Made by a program: the position numbers and the translations under genes. DNA of 15,646 bases from Bdellovibrionia bacterium (GTDB lineage: Bacteria > Bdellovibrionota > UBA1018), in NCBI GenBank assembly GCA_045805065.1, contig JBJMMA010000157.1:1-15646 (forward strand). Reading direction: 5' to 3'. The number at the start of each line of letters is the position of its first letter. The stretch's first letter is position 1. The notes beneath the pieces were generated by a model. It was not told the origin of the DNA and did not search any database. It was given only the letters and a program-made list of their open reading frames with translations. Below are positions 1 through 8,252 of this stretch, piece by piece.

Positions 1-191
1 AGCTGCAGGCGGCGCGCATTATAGAAGCGTTGAACGAGCTCGGGGTTTGCCCAAAATCCTTCGAGAGAGGCAACCTCTTCTACCCTGTGGTTTTCCCAAA
101 GCCCCCCGTGATCCCGGAAGGTCTTGATGCCAGACTCAGCTGAAATACCGGCGCCTGTTAAAACCACGATCAAGTCTCTAGATGAATTCAT
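1..191 (-). CDS. cobB: NAD-dependent protein deacylase (sirtuin, Sir2/CobB family), 5' part only; runs off the window edge
   Basis: Not in the ORF track. Manual translation from ATG at 191 gives [63 protein letters not shown]. [14 protein letters not shown] is the sirtuin N-terminal signature. Confidence 0.93.
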   Translation of the reverse strand, partial: MNSSRDLIVVLTGAGISAESGIKTFRDHGGLWENHRVEEVASLEGFWANPELVQRFYNARRLQ

Positions 192-224
192 AAAGAACCT
201 TTATCCTGAAACTAGGTTTAACCT

Positions 225-1037
225 ATGTTTCACCATCGTATTGATGACCCCTCAGCAAGCCGAGTCTTTGTAAAATGGTATATCCTTGCCTTTGCTGCGG
301 GAAGTATCAATGCGGGCGCATTTATGGCTGCCGGTCGCTTTGTCACTCATATGACAGGCTTTGGCACTCTGTTCGGTGTTGAAGTCGCTCATGCGCGCTG
401 GGAAGGCGCCATTGGGATTCTCTTTGTGCCTGCGTTTTTTCTTCTGGGAACCATGATCTCAGCCTACATGGTGGATCACCGTTTTCACCGCGGACGGCGC
501 CCTCACTATGATTGGGTGATGTTTCTTGAAGTGCTTTGCCTGGTGGCCGCAGCGGTGGGCGGGCAGCTTCACTTCTTTGGAAGCTTTGGTGAGCCTTTAA
601 AACTCAAGAGCGACTTTGCTCTTCTTGCGCTGCTTTGCCTGGCAAGCGGACTCCAGAACGCTGCCATCACAAGTGCCACGGGTTCCAGCGTTCGCACCAC
701 TCACCTCACCGGCATCACGACAGATCTTGGGATTGGAATCGTCCGGGCGTTAGCGCTCAAAGGGCATCGAAAGCATCACGACCGGGAAGTGCGCGCCAAC
801 TGGCTTCGCGCGGGAACGATCTTTTCCTTTTATGCAGGCTCCGTCGTAGGTGCGATTCTGTTTTTAAAAGTCCAGTACTACGGCTTCTACCTGCCAGCAG
901 CGATTGCTTTTTATGGCCTTCATCAAGCCAAGCTTGAGAATGATCGGCAAAGAAAACGAGAGGCTCGCAAGGCTCATTTACGAGGAGCGCCCGTACCCGC
1001 TCCAGGTCCTGAACGAATCCAATCCCCAAACGCATGA
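225..1037 (+). CDS. YoaK / DUF1275 family multi-pass membrane protein
   Basis: 270 aa with multiple hydrophobic segments. Motifs AGSINA, FVTHMTG, GLQNA and RTTHLTGITTDLG match the DUF1275 (YoaK) pattern. Confidence 0.85.
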   Translation: MFHHRIDDPSASRVFVKWYILAFAAGSINAGAFMAAGRFVTHMTGFGTLFGVEVAHARWEGAIGILFVPAFFLLGTMISAYMVDHRFHRGRRPHYDWVMFLEVLCLVAAAVGGQLHFFGSFGEPLKLKSDFALLALLCLASGLQNAAITSATGSSVRTTHLTGITTDLGIGIVRALALKGHRKHHDREVRANWLRAGTIFSFYAGSVVGAILFLKVQYYGFYLPAAIAFYGLHQAKLENDRQRKREARKAHLRGAPVPAPGPERIQSPNA

Positions 1038-1354
1038 GCGTACTTTTCACAAACGTCGAGACCGTCTTCCCGGCAAACATCGCGCTGGGAATCCGTTAAG
1101 AGCTTTCCGCAAATCCGCTCATAAGCATGATAGCAGCCAGTGGCGTAAGAATAGTCAGCAGTCTCAGCGCCTGAGCGCAAAACCGCAGGCGGTTTGACTG
1201 ATCCATCCTGCTGCTCATCAAGACTTGGGGGCAGCGGCAGATTCGGGCGCGCGGAGTTCAAGTCATGACTGCGCTCCGTGGGAGCACTGGCGCAACCCAC
1301 GACCGACACTGCGAGCCCTAGCCCCAAGAGGGCTAAACGCGTTCGCAAAATCAC
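974..1354 (-). CDS. Hypothetical lipoprotein with a four-cysteine C-terminal region
   Basis: Basic N-terminus, hydrophobic stretch and lipobox-like VVG-C. The start overlaps the glutaredoxin stop (ATGA, 1351-1354). Four further Cys follow a Pro-rich linker. Confidence 0.7.
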   Translation of the reverse strand: MILRTRLALLGLGLAVSVVGCASAPTERSHDLNSARPNLPLPPSLDEQQDGSVKPPAVLRSGAETADYSYATGCYHAYERICGKLLTDSQRDVCREDGLDVCEKYAHAFGDWIRSGPGAGTGAPRK

Positions 1355-1605
1355 TTCAGCGAGCCAAGCTGATCTTTTTGATCGAGCGCGGAGAGATCCT
1401 GGAAACCGCCGATTAAACTGTCGCCGTGAAAAATCTGAGGCATCGTTTTCATGCCGGATTTTTTCTCAAGCTCATCCCACTGCGCATCATCATCCATCGG
1501 AAGCAGGACTTCCTTGAAATCAACGCCGCGACGCTTAAGAAGATCCTTTGCGCGCAAGCAGAACGGACAATGTTCCATCGTATAAACCGTGACTTTAGCT
1601 GCCAT
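1351..1605 (-). CDS. grxC: Dithiol glutaredoxin (Grx3-like)
   Basis: 84 aa with CPFC active site, TMPQIF cis-Pro motif and IGGFQDL motif. Confidence 0.9.
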   Translation of the reverse strand: MAAKVTVYTMEHCPFCLRAKDLLKRRGVDFKEVLLPMDDDAQWDELEKKSGMKTMPQIFHGDSLIGGFQDLSALDQKDQLGSLK

Positions 1606-1610
1606 AGTAA

Positions 1611-1640
1611 GCCCTACTTTACCTCAGCTCGGCGCGTCAA
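1611..1640 (-). promoter_or_regulatory. Possible sigma70-type promoter of the grxC-lipoprotein pair
   Basis: Minus strand reads TTGACG-N18-TAGGGC-N5-ATG. The -35 is good and the -10 imperfect. Confidence 0.35.
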
Positions 1641-1659
1641 AGCTAGGGGCTCCCGCCAT

Positions 1660-2490
1660 CTAATTCGGCCAGATTTCTTTGAGCAGCCGAACATAAGCTT
1701 CTCGCAGGCCTTTGGACTTCTCAAACTCGTTCGGCAATGACTTCGTGTTGTCTAAAAGACTTTGTCCCTGCTGCTTAAGCTCCGTCACCTTCTGCTCAAA
1801 CTGGGAATCAATCTCTTTGTTTTGTGCCATGTCCTTGAGCAAAGAGATCCGCATCATCTCAACGGACAACGGTGACGGTTTGTCGGATCCCAGTGTCAAG
1901 AATCCCCGAGCCGCGGACCGGATCTGCGTCAGAGGAAAACGCTCCGGATGTTTTGCGGCTTTCTCAACAACAGACTTGAGCAATTTGTAGTGAATGACCG
2001 TATCGCATCCGCCAGCTGACATGACCTGATCCAGGAAAGTAGCGCCATCCCAATCCACGGGCATCCCTTCTTCAAACGCCAGGTAGATTTCCTGGGAAGA
2101 AGGAGGCGTCAGAGGCGTCTCTTCTAAAAGCTTCAAAGCCTGTTTAAACTCTTCGGCGGACATCAGACTCTTCGAGAGCTTGGCTCTTGCTTTATCCACA
2201 CTTGCCTTACAATCCTTGGACTCTTCCTGAGACTTCTTCAGCAGCTCTGCAAGCTCTTGTTTGGGGCGAAAGGGTTTTGATGGGGGTCTCGCAGAAGCTT
2301 CGGCTGACTTGCTCTCTTGAGGGGCTGCCGTTGCAACAGGCTCGCTTTGCGGCTCCTCTTCTTGGGAAAGATTGCGAGTGGAAGCGGAGTCCGACTGGAG
2401 CGCGGCGCGGAGATTCAAAAACAATCCAACGCATCCAACGACTGCAACGGAAATTGAAACTGCCAATAGCAGCCTTTGACCCCTCGCCAT
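1660..2490 (-). CDS. Hypothetical N-terminally anchored or exported protein, predicted helical
   Basis: 276 aa. N-terminal hydrophobic segment (LLLAVSISVAVVGCVGLFLNL), an E/P/A/S-rich linker, then a charged helical-looking domain. No family recognised. Confidence 0.75.
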   Translation of the reverse strand: MARGQRLLLAVSISVAVVGCVGLFLNLRAALQSDSASTRNLSQEEEPQSEPVATAAPQESKSAEASARPPSKPFRPKQELAELLKKSQEESKDCKASVDKARAKLSKSLMSAEEFKQALKLLEETPLTPPSSQEIYLAFEEGMPVDWDGATFLDQVMSAGGCDTVIHYKLLKSVVEKAAKHPERFPLTQIRSAARGFLTLGSDKPSPLSVEMMRISLLKDMAQNKEIDSQFEQKVTELKQQGQSLLDNTKSLPNEFEKSKGLREAYVRLLKEIWPN

Positions 2491-2604
2491 AAGGATAGTT
2501 TAAGCAGAATTTCGGAATGGCGCATCCAAAATAATTCCAATTTTACTGTTCAAGCTCAGTCGTTGCCGTTGCGAAACAGTTACCCTCGTGACATATCCAG
2601 CGCT

Positions 2605-3024
2605 ATGAATACCCTCGGCATGCGCCATGTTGCGTTGAATGTAAAAGACCCGCAGATCTCCAAGGAGTTCTATATGCGAGTCTTGAAGATGCAGCTCGAG
2701 TGGGAGCCAGATGCTGAGAACGTTTATCTCACTTCAGGAGGCGAAGATAATCTTGCGATTCATAAAGCTTCCCCAGAAGAAGCGATGTCCTCCCTTCAGA
2801 GACTTGATCATATCGGTTTTGCGCTTCCGACGATGCAAGATGTCGATGCCTGGTACGAATGGGTCAACTCCCACAAAGTGAAGATCTTGCGTGAGATCAA
2901 GACTCATCGGGACGGCGCAAGATCCTTCTATATGGAAGATCCGGACGGAGTAGTCATTCAGATGATTTATCATCCGCCGATTGCAAAGAAGTGCTCAGGC
3001 CCGGGCGAGCTTTCCATCCACTAA
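2605..3024 (+). CDS. VOC (glyoxalase/bleomycin-resistance/dioxygenase) family protein
   Basis: Start moved to ATG 2605. Motifs GMRHVALNVKD, LDHIGF and RSFYMEDPDG are typical VOC elements. Confidence 0.88.
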   Translation: MNTLGMRHVALNVKDPQISKEFYMRVLKMQLEWEPDAENVYLTSGGEDNLAIHKASPEEAMSSLQRLDHIGFALPTMQDVDAWYEWVNSHKVKILREIKTHRDGARSFYMEDPDGVVIQMIYHPPIAKKCSGPGELSIH

Positions 3025-3657
3025 GTGAATCTGTCTTTGAGCCTGGGCCGCAAAGTCAGGATCATGGGTGACTAGCACAACGGTGGTCTTTTTCTTTTCA
3101 TTCGCTTCCCGGATGATGCGCATGACGATGTCACCATTGAGCGTATCGAGACTTCCCGTTGGCTCGTCGGCAAAAAGATAGCGTGGCTCCATGACGAGCG
3201 CGCGTGCGATGGCAACACGCTGCTGCTCGCCTCCCGAGAGCTGCCGTGGGAGGCGATGCATTTTTTCCCCAAGGCCAAATTGAGACAGTAGATCTTTTGC
3301 GTAGTCCCTGCGTTCCTGCTCTCTTCCGTATTTTCGCGCAGGCATGAGAACATTTTCGAGAGTCGTCAACTCGGCCAAAAGATAATGAAACTGAAATACA
3401 AAGCCCATCTGCTCATTTCGAAAGCGGTAGAGCTCTTCCGAAGGCATCTGAGCAAAATCCAAACCGGAGATGAGGATTCGCCCTTCCGTCGGGTTATCCA
3501 GGCTGCTCAGGATATAAAGCAGTGTGCTTTTTCCGGACCCTGATCGTCCGGTCAAAGCGACAAACTCTCCATCATCGATTGAGATCGAGATATCACTCAG
3601 AACCCGCGTCGGGGGCTCACCCACGACTTTTCCAACTCGATCGGCAACGATTCCCAT
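2995..3657 (-). CDS. ABC transporter ATP-binding subunit, LolD/MacB-type
   Basis: Walker A GRSGSGKS, GFVFQFHYLL, signature LSGGEQQRV, Walker B FADEPTG and H-loop VTHD. Confidence 0.95.
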   Translation of the reverse strand: MGIVADRVGKVVGEPPTRVLSDISISIDDGEFVALTGRSGSGKSTLLYILSSLDNPTEGRILISGLDFAQMPSEELYRFRNEQMGFVFQFHYLLAELTTLENVLMPARKYGREQERRDYAKDLLSQFGLGEKMHRLPRQLSGGEQQRVAIARALVMEPRYLFADEPTGSLDTLNGDIVMRIIREANEKKKTTVVLVTHDPDFAAQAQRQIHLVDGKLARA

Positions 3658-3663
3658 GACCGA

Positions 3664-4914
3664 TTACGCTCCCATCCGGATAATCTCAATTGGAGTCAGC
3701 TTTCCTGCGGACCGCGCCGGAAGCACACTTGCGAAGGATGCCGAAAAAAGCGCCATCATCGTAGCCTGAACATAGATCCAGGGAGAAAGGGAAATATGCA
3801 GATGACCACCGCGAGTGGATCCCATCCCGCCTGCAAACGGAATGGTTTGAAGATACCGGCACAGGAGATATCCACCGATCAGACCAAAGATCGCGCCACA
3901 TATTCCAACGATCAGTCCCTGCATGAAGAAGAGCGAGACCACATCAAAAGTGTCATAGCCCATGGACCTCAGAATCGCGATGTCCTGACGCTTTTGAGAA
4001 ACCGTCATATTGAGCACATTATAAATTCCAAAGCCCGCGACGATGAGCACGGTTAAAATCATCGCAAAGCGAAGCGCCGTCTGAATCGCAAATACCGATA
4101 AGATATTGGAGTTCTGCTGATCCCAGCTCTCTGTTTTTTCGGGCGCGATCTTTGACCAGTCTGAAGCGATTGCTGCCGACTCTTTGTAGTTCTTGAGCTT
4201 CACAGCGATCTCATTGACCCGGTTGAGCGTGCCATTGATTCTCTGCACATCGCTCAGCGACGCATAGGCCTGCAGATCGGACATGCGATTTCCGGTCGAG
4301 AATCGACCGACCACTTTGAAAGGCACAGGCGCATTTGTGCTGACCGAAATCAGAACAATCTGATTCATGGTCGCACCCAGGCGTTTTGCCAACTCTTCGC
4401 CTAAGATCACGCGACTGCCGCCAGCACCGATATCCTCGAAACGGCCTTCCGTCATGTACTGTGCGACGCTAGTCACCTTAGCTTGCTGCTCAGGAACACA
4501 GCCGAATAGATTTGCCGACACTGAGATCTTTCCAAAATTAAAAAGCGCAGGCGCGGTCAAAAGTGGAGAGAAGGCCTCAACGCGCGGGTCCTTTCGGAGT
4601 CGCTCGTACCAGCTTTGAGGGTTTTGAACTTCGAGATAACCCTCCACTCCTGCAGGAGGCGAGTCCCAGAAAACATGCGTTGGCGTGCTGCCGTAAAAGT
4701 CGCGATCCAGCTGATGCTCGGTCAGATAATCCTCGCGCGCCTGAATATGAATCTGCGCCGTATTGTTCACCAGCTGCTGAACCATGTAGTTCTGAAATCC
4801 GAGAAAGAACCCTGACACGGCGACATAGGCCAATGTTCCAAAAAAAACTCCCAGAAGCGTGAGAAGAGTTTGCCGCTTATGCTCGAGCAGATAGCGGAGC
4901 GCGAGGAAGATCAT
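3664..4914 (-). CDS. ABC transporter permease, MacB/LolCE/FtsX-like (type VII)
   Basis: One N-terminal TM, a large periplasmic domain and three C-terminal TMs. Motifs IAILRSMG and PARSAGKLTPIEIIR. ATGA overlap with the upstream adaptor gene. Confidence 0.92.
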   Translation of the reverse strand: MIFLALRYLLEHKRQTLLTLLGVFFGTLAYVAVSGFFLGFQNYMVQQLVNNTAQIHIQAREDYLTEHQLDRDFYGSTPTHVFWDSPPAGVEGYLEVQNPQSWYERLRKDPRVEAFSPLLTAPALFNFGKISVSANLFGCVPEQQAKVTSVAQYMTEGRFEDIGAGGSRVILGEELAKRLGATMNQIVLISVSTNAPVPFKVVGRFSTGNRMSDLQAYASLSDVQRINGTLNRVNEIAVKLKNYKESAAIASDWSKIAPEKTESWDQQNSNILSVFAIQTALRFAMILTVLIVAGFGIYNVLNMTVSQKRQDIAILRSMGYDTFDVVSLFFMQGLIVGICGAIFGLIGGYLLCRYLQTIPFAGGMGSTRGGHLHISLSPWIYVQATMMALFSASFASVLPARSAGKLTPIEIIRMGA

Positions 4915-5732
4915 GGCGTCTCCCGAGGCTTGATGATGACTCGATCTCCCGCCTGAACATCCCCTGAAACGATCTCCGCTTGCGCTTTGTCAATGATCCC
5001 TACTTTGACTTCAACCTTCTTCGGAATCCCGGCCCCTCGCTTCACCCAAAGCGTGTTTCCGTTGATCAAGGCTGCGACAGGGATCAAAAGTGCATCATCC
5101 TGCTTTCGAATCTGAATCGCCACATCCGCGGTCATTCCGGGAAGAACGACTGCGGGCAGAGTCGAGACATCAATCCGCGCCAGAAAGTTACTGCCGTTTG
5201 AGTAAACCGATTGCACGACACCTGGGTAGCTCTGTTGGCGAATCGTATCAAAGCTCATAGTCGCAGCCTGGCCTGCATGAATGCGAAGCGCGCCCTGTTG
5301 CTCGAGTGAGACAACGAGGTAACGATCCATCAGATCCACCAGCGTGAGAACCGGGACCTGCGCAAAAACATTCTCCCCTTCTTTGAAAGGAAGATACGTA
5401 ACCGTTCCACCAAAAGGTGCGCGGTAAATGACTTTATCGATCTTTGCGAGCGGGGCGTTCTTTCTAACAGTATCGCCTTCTTTCACATAGAAGGTGTCGA
5501 TTGTGCTGATGACGCCGGGTTTAATTTGAAAGCTTCGGTTCGCAAGCACCGTTCCGATCCCGTAAACGGACTCGATGATCGTGCCGCGACGAAGAGGCTC
5601 TGAGAGCATTCCCTCGGAGCGCATGCGAAGCTGTCGAACCACGAATAGAAGTACTACGAAAAAGAGCGCAAGAGCGATACTGACCCAACGATGTCGACCC
5701 ACCCAGGTCAGAGGAGCTCTCAGCCAATCCAT
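4911..5732 (-). CDS. Periplasmic adaptor / membrane fusion protein (MacA/HlyD-like), apparently lacking the alpha-helical hairpin
   Basis: N-terminal TM, lipoyl half-motifs VKEGDTV..PLAKID and IYRAPFGGTV, beta-barrel LPGMTADVAI, and membrane-proximal motifs ALLIPVAAL and EIVSGDVQAGDRVI. Confidence 0.88.
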   Translation of the reverse strand: MDWLRAPLTWVGRHRWVSIALALFFVVLLFVVRQLRMRSEGMLSEPLRRGTIIESVYGIGTVLANRSFQIKPGVISTIDTFYVKEGDTVRKNAPLAKIDKVIYRAPFGGTVTYLPFKEGENVFAQVPVLTLVDLMDRYLVVSLEQQGALRIHAGQAATMSFDTIRQQSYPGVVQSVYSNGSNFLARIDVSTLPAVVLPGMTADVAIQIRKQDDALLIPVAALINGNTLWVKRGAGIPKKVEVKVGIIDKAQAEIVSGDVQAGDRVIIKPRETP

Positions 5733-5769
5733 CCCTCAGGGGATTTCAAGATGAGGGCCAAGGATCCAA

Positions 5770-6120
5770 TCAGGCTAGTGAAACGCTCTGTCCCGTCTTC
5801 TCTTGAAGGAACTTCTGCATATAGCTCATCAGCTCAATGTCGCGGCCCTTATCGTCCACCCATTTGCCAGAAGTCGCGTCGTAGTTGAAATGATACGCCG
5901 TACCAAGAGCCGCAAGTGCTACCCAAAGCTGACGCACCGAGGGCTGTCCGCTCAGAATGCACCGCGTACGGTCCGAAAAAGTGATCGTCAGAACGCCGTT
6001 GGATTGTTCACATTCGGCCAGATCGGGGTCGACGTCAGCCAAAGCCTTTTCAATGACGTCGTAAGCCTGCTGGACCTTTTTCCGATATTCTGACTCAGGA
6101 AACTGGGATGCTTGGGACAT
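5770..6120 (-). CDS. cyaY: Iron donor protein CyaY (frataxin)
   Basis: GVLTITF, ILSGQPSVRQLWVA and AYHFNYD..W match the frataxin/CyaY pattern. ATG 6120 is preferred over GTG 6129. Confidence 0.88.
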   Translation of the reverse strand: MSQASQFPESEYRKKVQQAYDVIEKALADVDPDLAECEQSNGVLTITFSDRTRCILSGQPSVRQLWVALAALGTAYHFNYDATSGKWVDDKGRDIELMSYMQKFLQEKTGQSVSLA

Positions 6121-6182
6121 GGCAGCCACTATACAACTTCATGGCTGATTCGGGGAGAGGTTTGATGTAGAAGGGATTTATT

Positions 6183-6683
6183 ATGACTCAAAACACCCAA
6201 CTTTGTCCTTGTGGCTCCCAAACCAACTACGCTGATTGCTGCGCTCCGTTCATTTCGGGAAAGAAATCCCCTAAAACGGCTGAAGAGCTGCTTCGGGCTC
6301 GCTACACGGCTTTTACCCAGGGTGAAGTCGACTACGTTCTCAATACCCACCATTCCAAGACCGCTGGCGATGTGAAGCGCGAAGAGATTGAAGACTGGTC
6401 CAAGAACTCCGAATGGCTGGGCCTCAAGGTTGTTCAAGTCGAAGCTGGAAAAGCTGAAGACAACCAGGCAACGATCGTTTTCTGCGCGAGCTACAACGAC
6501 GCGAATGGCAAGAAGCAAGACCACTGGGAACAAAGCTTCTTTGAAAAAGAAAACGGCCAGTGGAAGTTCCTCGATGCCCGCGGCATCTCCGGCACCTATC
6601 GCCGTGCAGAGCCTAAGGTTGGCCGCAACGATCCTTGCCCATGCGGAAGCGGCAAAAAAGCCAAGAAGTGTTGCGCAGCGTAG
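6183..6683 (+). CDS. ychJ: YchJ (UPF0225) family protein with N- and C-terminal SEC-C metal-binding motifs
   Basis: [41 protein letters not shown] and [20 protein letters not shown]-like AAGGGA upstream. Confidence 0.9.
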   Translation: MTQNTQLCPCGSQTNYADCCAPFISGKKSPKTAEELLRARYTAFTQGEVDYVLNTHHSKTAGDVKREEIEDWSKNSEWLGLKVVQVEAGKAEDNQATIVFCASYNDANGKKQDHWEQSFFEKENGQWKFLDARGISGTYRRAEPKVGRNDPCPCGSGKKAKKCCAA

Positions 6684-6706
6684 ACTGCGCACTTGTAATA
6701 CGCGGC

Positions 6707-8218
6707 TTAACTGCGAGCTGATCCGTTCACCGGAACAAAGATCCGCTCATCCGGACCACGCTGCACGTAGAGCACGGTGAGCTCTTTGCTTTGCTGGCGA
6801 GCCAGTTTCTTGAACTGTTTGGCCCCGTGAACCTCCGCTTGTCCGGCTTTCAGAATGATATCGCCAGGCATCAGGCCAGAGTCAAAAGCTGGACTGCCTG
6901 GTGAGACATTGATCACCAGTGCACCTGCTGACTGAGGCATGCCTAAGAAGTGCGAGATCTCGGCAGGCACGTCATCCACCGTCAGTCCCAGATTTGGTGA
7001 AGCGGCGTCACTTGAAGCCATCTGCCCAGCCTGCTGAACGGTTGGTTTCTTTTCGCCTGGTTGCTGGAGAATCTGCACGTCGCGCGTTTCATTTTTTCCA
7101 CCATGGATGAGCTGAAGCTTCACGCTGCTACCAGCCGGAGTTTTTCCAACCAGGCTCTTCAGCTGTGAGGCTCCGCCAACATCTTGGTCATTATACTTCA
7201 AGACAACGTCACCCGGCTCAATGGAAGCCTTTTGAGCAGGGCCATTGGGCTGCACGTCGCTTACCAGGGCGCCCGAGGGCTCTCCCTTATTGTTCTTGGG
7301 AGCGGCAAAGTAACGTCCCAGCTGAGGATCAAGATCCTGTGCCGAAAGCCCGATATATCCACGTGTCACATGACCTGTGGTCATGAGTTGGTCGGATACT
7401 TCTCTGGCAATCTTGGAAGGGATCGCAAATCCGATCCCCACAAATCCTCCGCCCTGGGAGAAGATCGCGGTGTTCACGCCAATCAACTGCCCGTCGACAT
7501 TGAGAAGCGGGCCCCCCGAGCTTCCAGGGTTGATTGCGGCGTCAGTCTGAATGAAATCTTCGATATCCAGAATACCCATCTGAGCGCGACCTTTTGCGCT
7601 CACAATTCCGGAGGTCACCGAACGGTTCAAACCAAACGGGCTTCCCACTGCGACAGCCCAGTCGCCGACATTAATCGTGTCAGAGTCACCAAATTCAATG
7701 GTTTGAAATTCCCGTGAGGACTCTTTGTCCTTTACGGGATTCAATTGAATGACGGCAAGGTCGGTCTTGGCATCATCCCCGATCAGCTTTGCCGTTCTCT
7801 TATGCTTGTCATCCAGGGTGACCGTAATGCGCTCAGCATTTTCAATCACATGGTGATTGGTCAGAATCATTCCATCCTTGCGGATAAAGATCCCGGAGCC
7901 CACGCCCACAGCGCGGCCCCCTTCATCCCCTCCTCTCATCGGAGGAGCGGCATGATGATCAAACGGCAGCCCGCGGAGTCCTTCATCCTCATCGTCCGGA
8001 GAACTTGCTCTCTTCACGACGCTGATGCTGACTACCGCAGGCACCGCTTTTTTTGCTATCTCGTTGAACGCTTTCGAAGTTCCAAGAAGCTCCTGCTTGG
8101 ACTTCGGAGCCACATCAGCCGACACGTTTTCACTCACGCTCCAGACTGTGCCGAGGGATCCTACGGTAAGTAAGGCCGCGGTGATTTTCCAATTCAATTG
8201 CCGGCTGAATTTTTTCAT
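6707..8218 (-). CDS. HtrA/DegP/DegQ-family periplasmic serine protease with two PDZ domains
   Basis: Signal or anchor sequence from MKKFSR (ATG 8218). Catalytic triad in TNHHV, KTDLAV and INPGSSGG. FIQTDAAIN motif. Two PDZ domains (GYIGL..., LGLTV...). Confidence 0.95.
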   Translation of the reverse strand: MKKFSRQLNWKITAALLTVGSLGTVWSVSENVSADVAPKSKQELLGTSKAFNEIAKKAVPAVVSISVVKRASSPDDEDEGLRGLPFDHHAAPPMRGGDEGGRAVGVGSGIFIRKDGMILTNHHVIENAERITVTLDDKHKRTAKLIGDDAKTDLAVIQLNPVKDKESSREFQTIEFGDSDTINVGDWAVAVGSPFGLNRSVTSGIVSAKGRAQMGILDIEDFIQTDAAINPGSSGGPLLNVDGQLIGVNTAIFSQGGGFVGIGFAIPSKIAREVSDQLMTTGHVTRGYIGLSAQDLDPQLGRYFAAPKNNKGEPSGALVSDVQPNGPAQKASIEPGDVVLKYNDQDVGGASQLKSLVGKTPAGSSVKLQLIHGGKNETRDVQILQQPGEKKPTVQQAGQMASSDAASPNLGLTVDDVPAEISHFLGMPQSAGALVINVSPGSPAFDSGLMPGDIILKAGQAEVHGAKQFKKLARQQSKELTVLYVQRGPDERIFVPVNGSARS

Positions 8219-8252
8219 ATGTTGTGACTCTGCAGCTCTGATGCCGAAGGCA

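Noticed and set aside
2476..2604. N-terminal extension of the VOC protein
   Set aside because: It overlaps the start of the divergent gene. The VOC fold starts at MNTLGMRHV (2605).
5731..5757. Alternative small hairpins at the adaptor start (ATCCC/GGGAT and CCCTCA/TGAGGG)
   Set aside because: Stems of 5-6 bp without a U-tract are expected by chance.
6129..6692. 187-aa antisense ORF over ychJ
   Set aside because: It is fully opposite a well-supported gene and has no independent signal.
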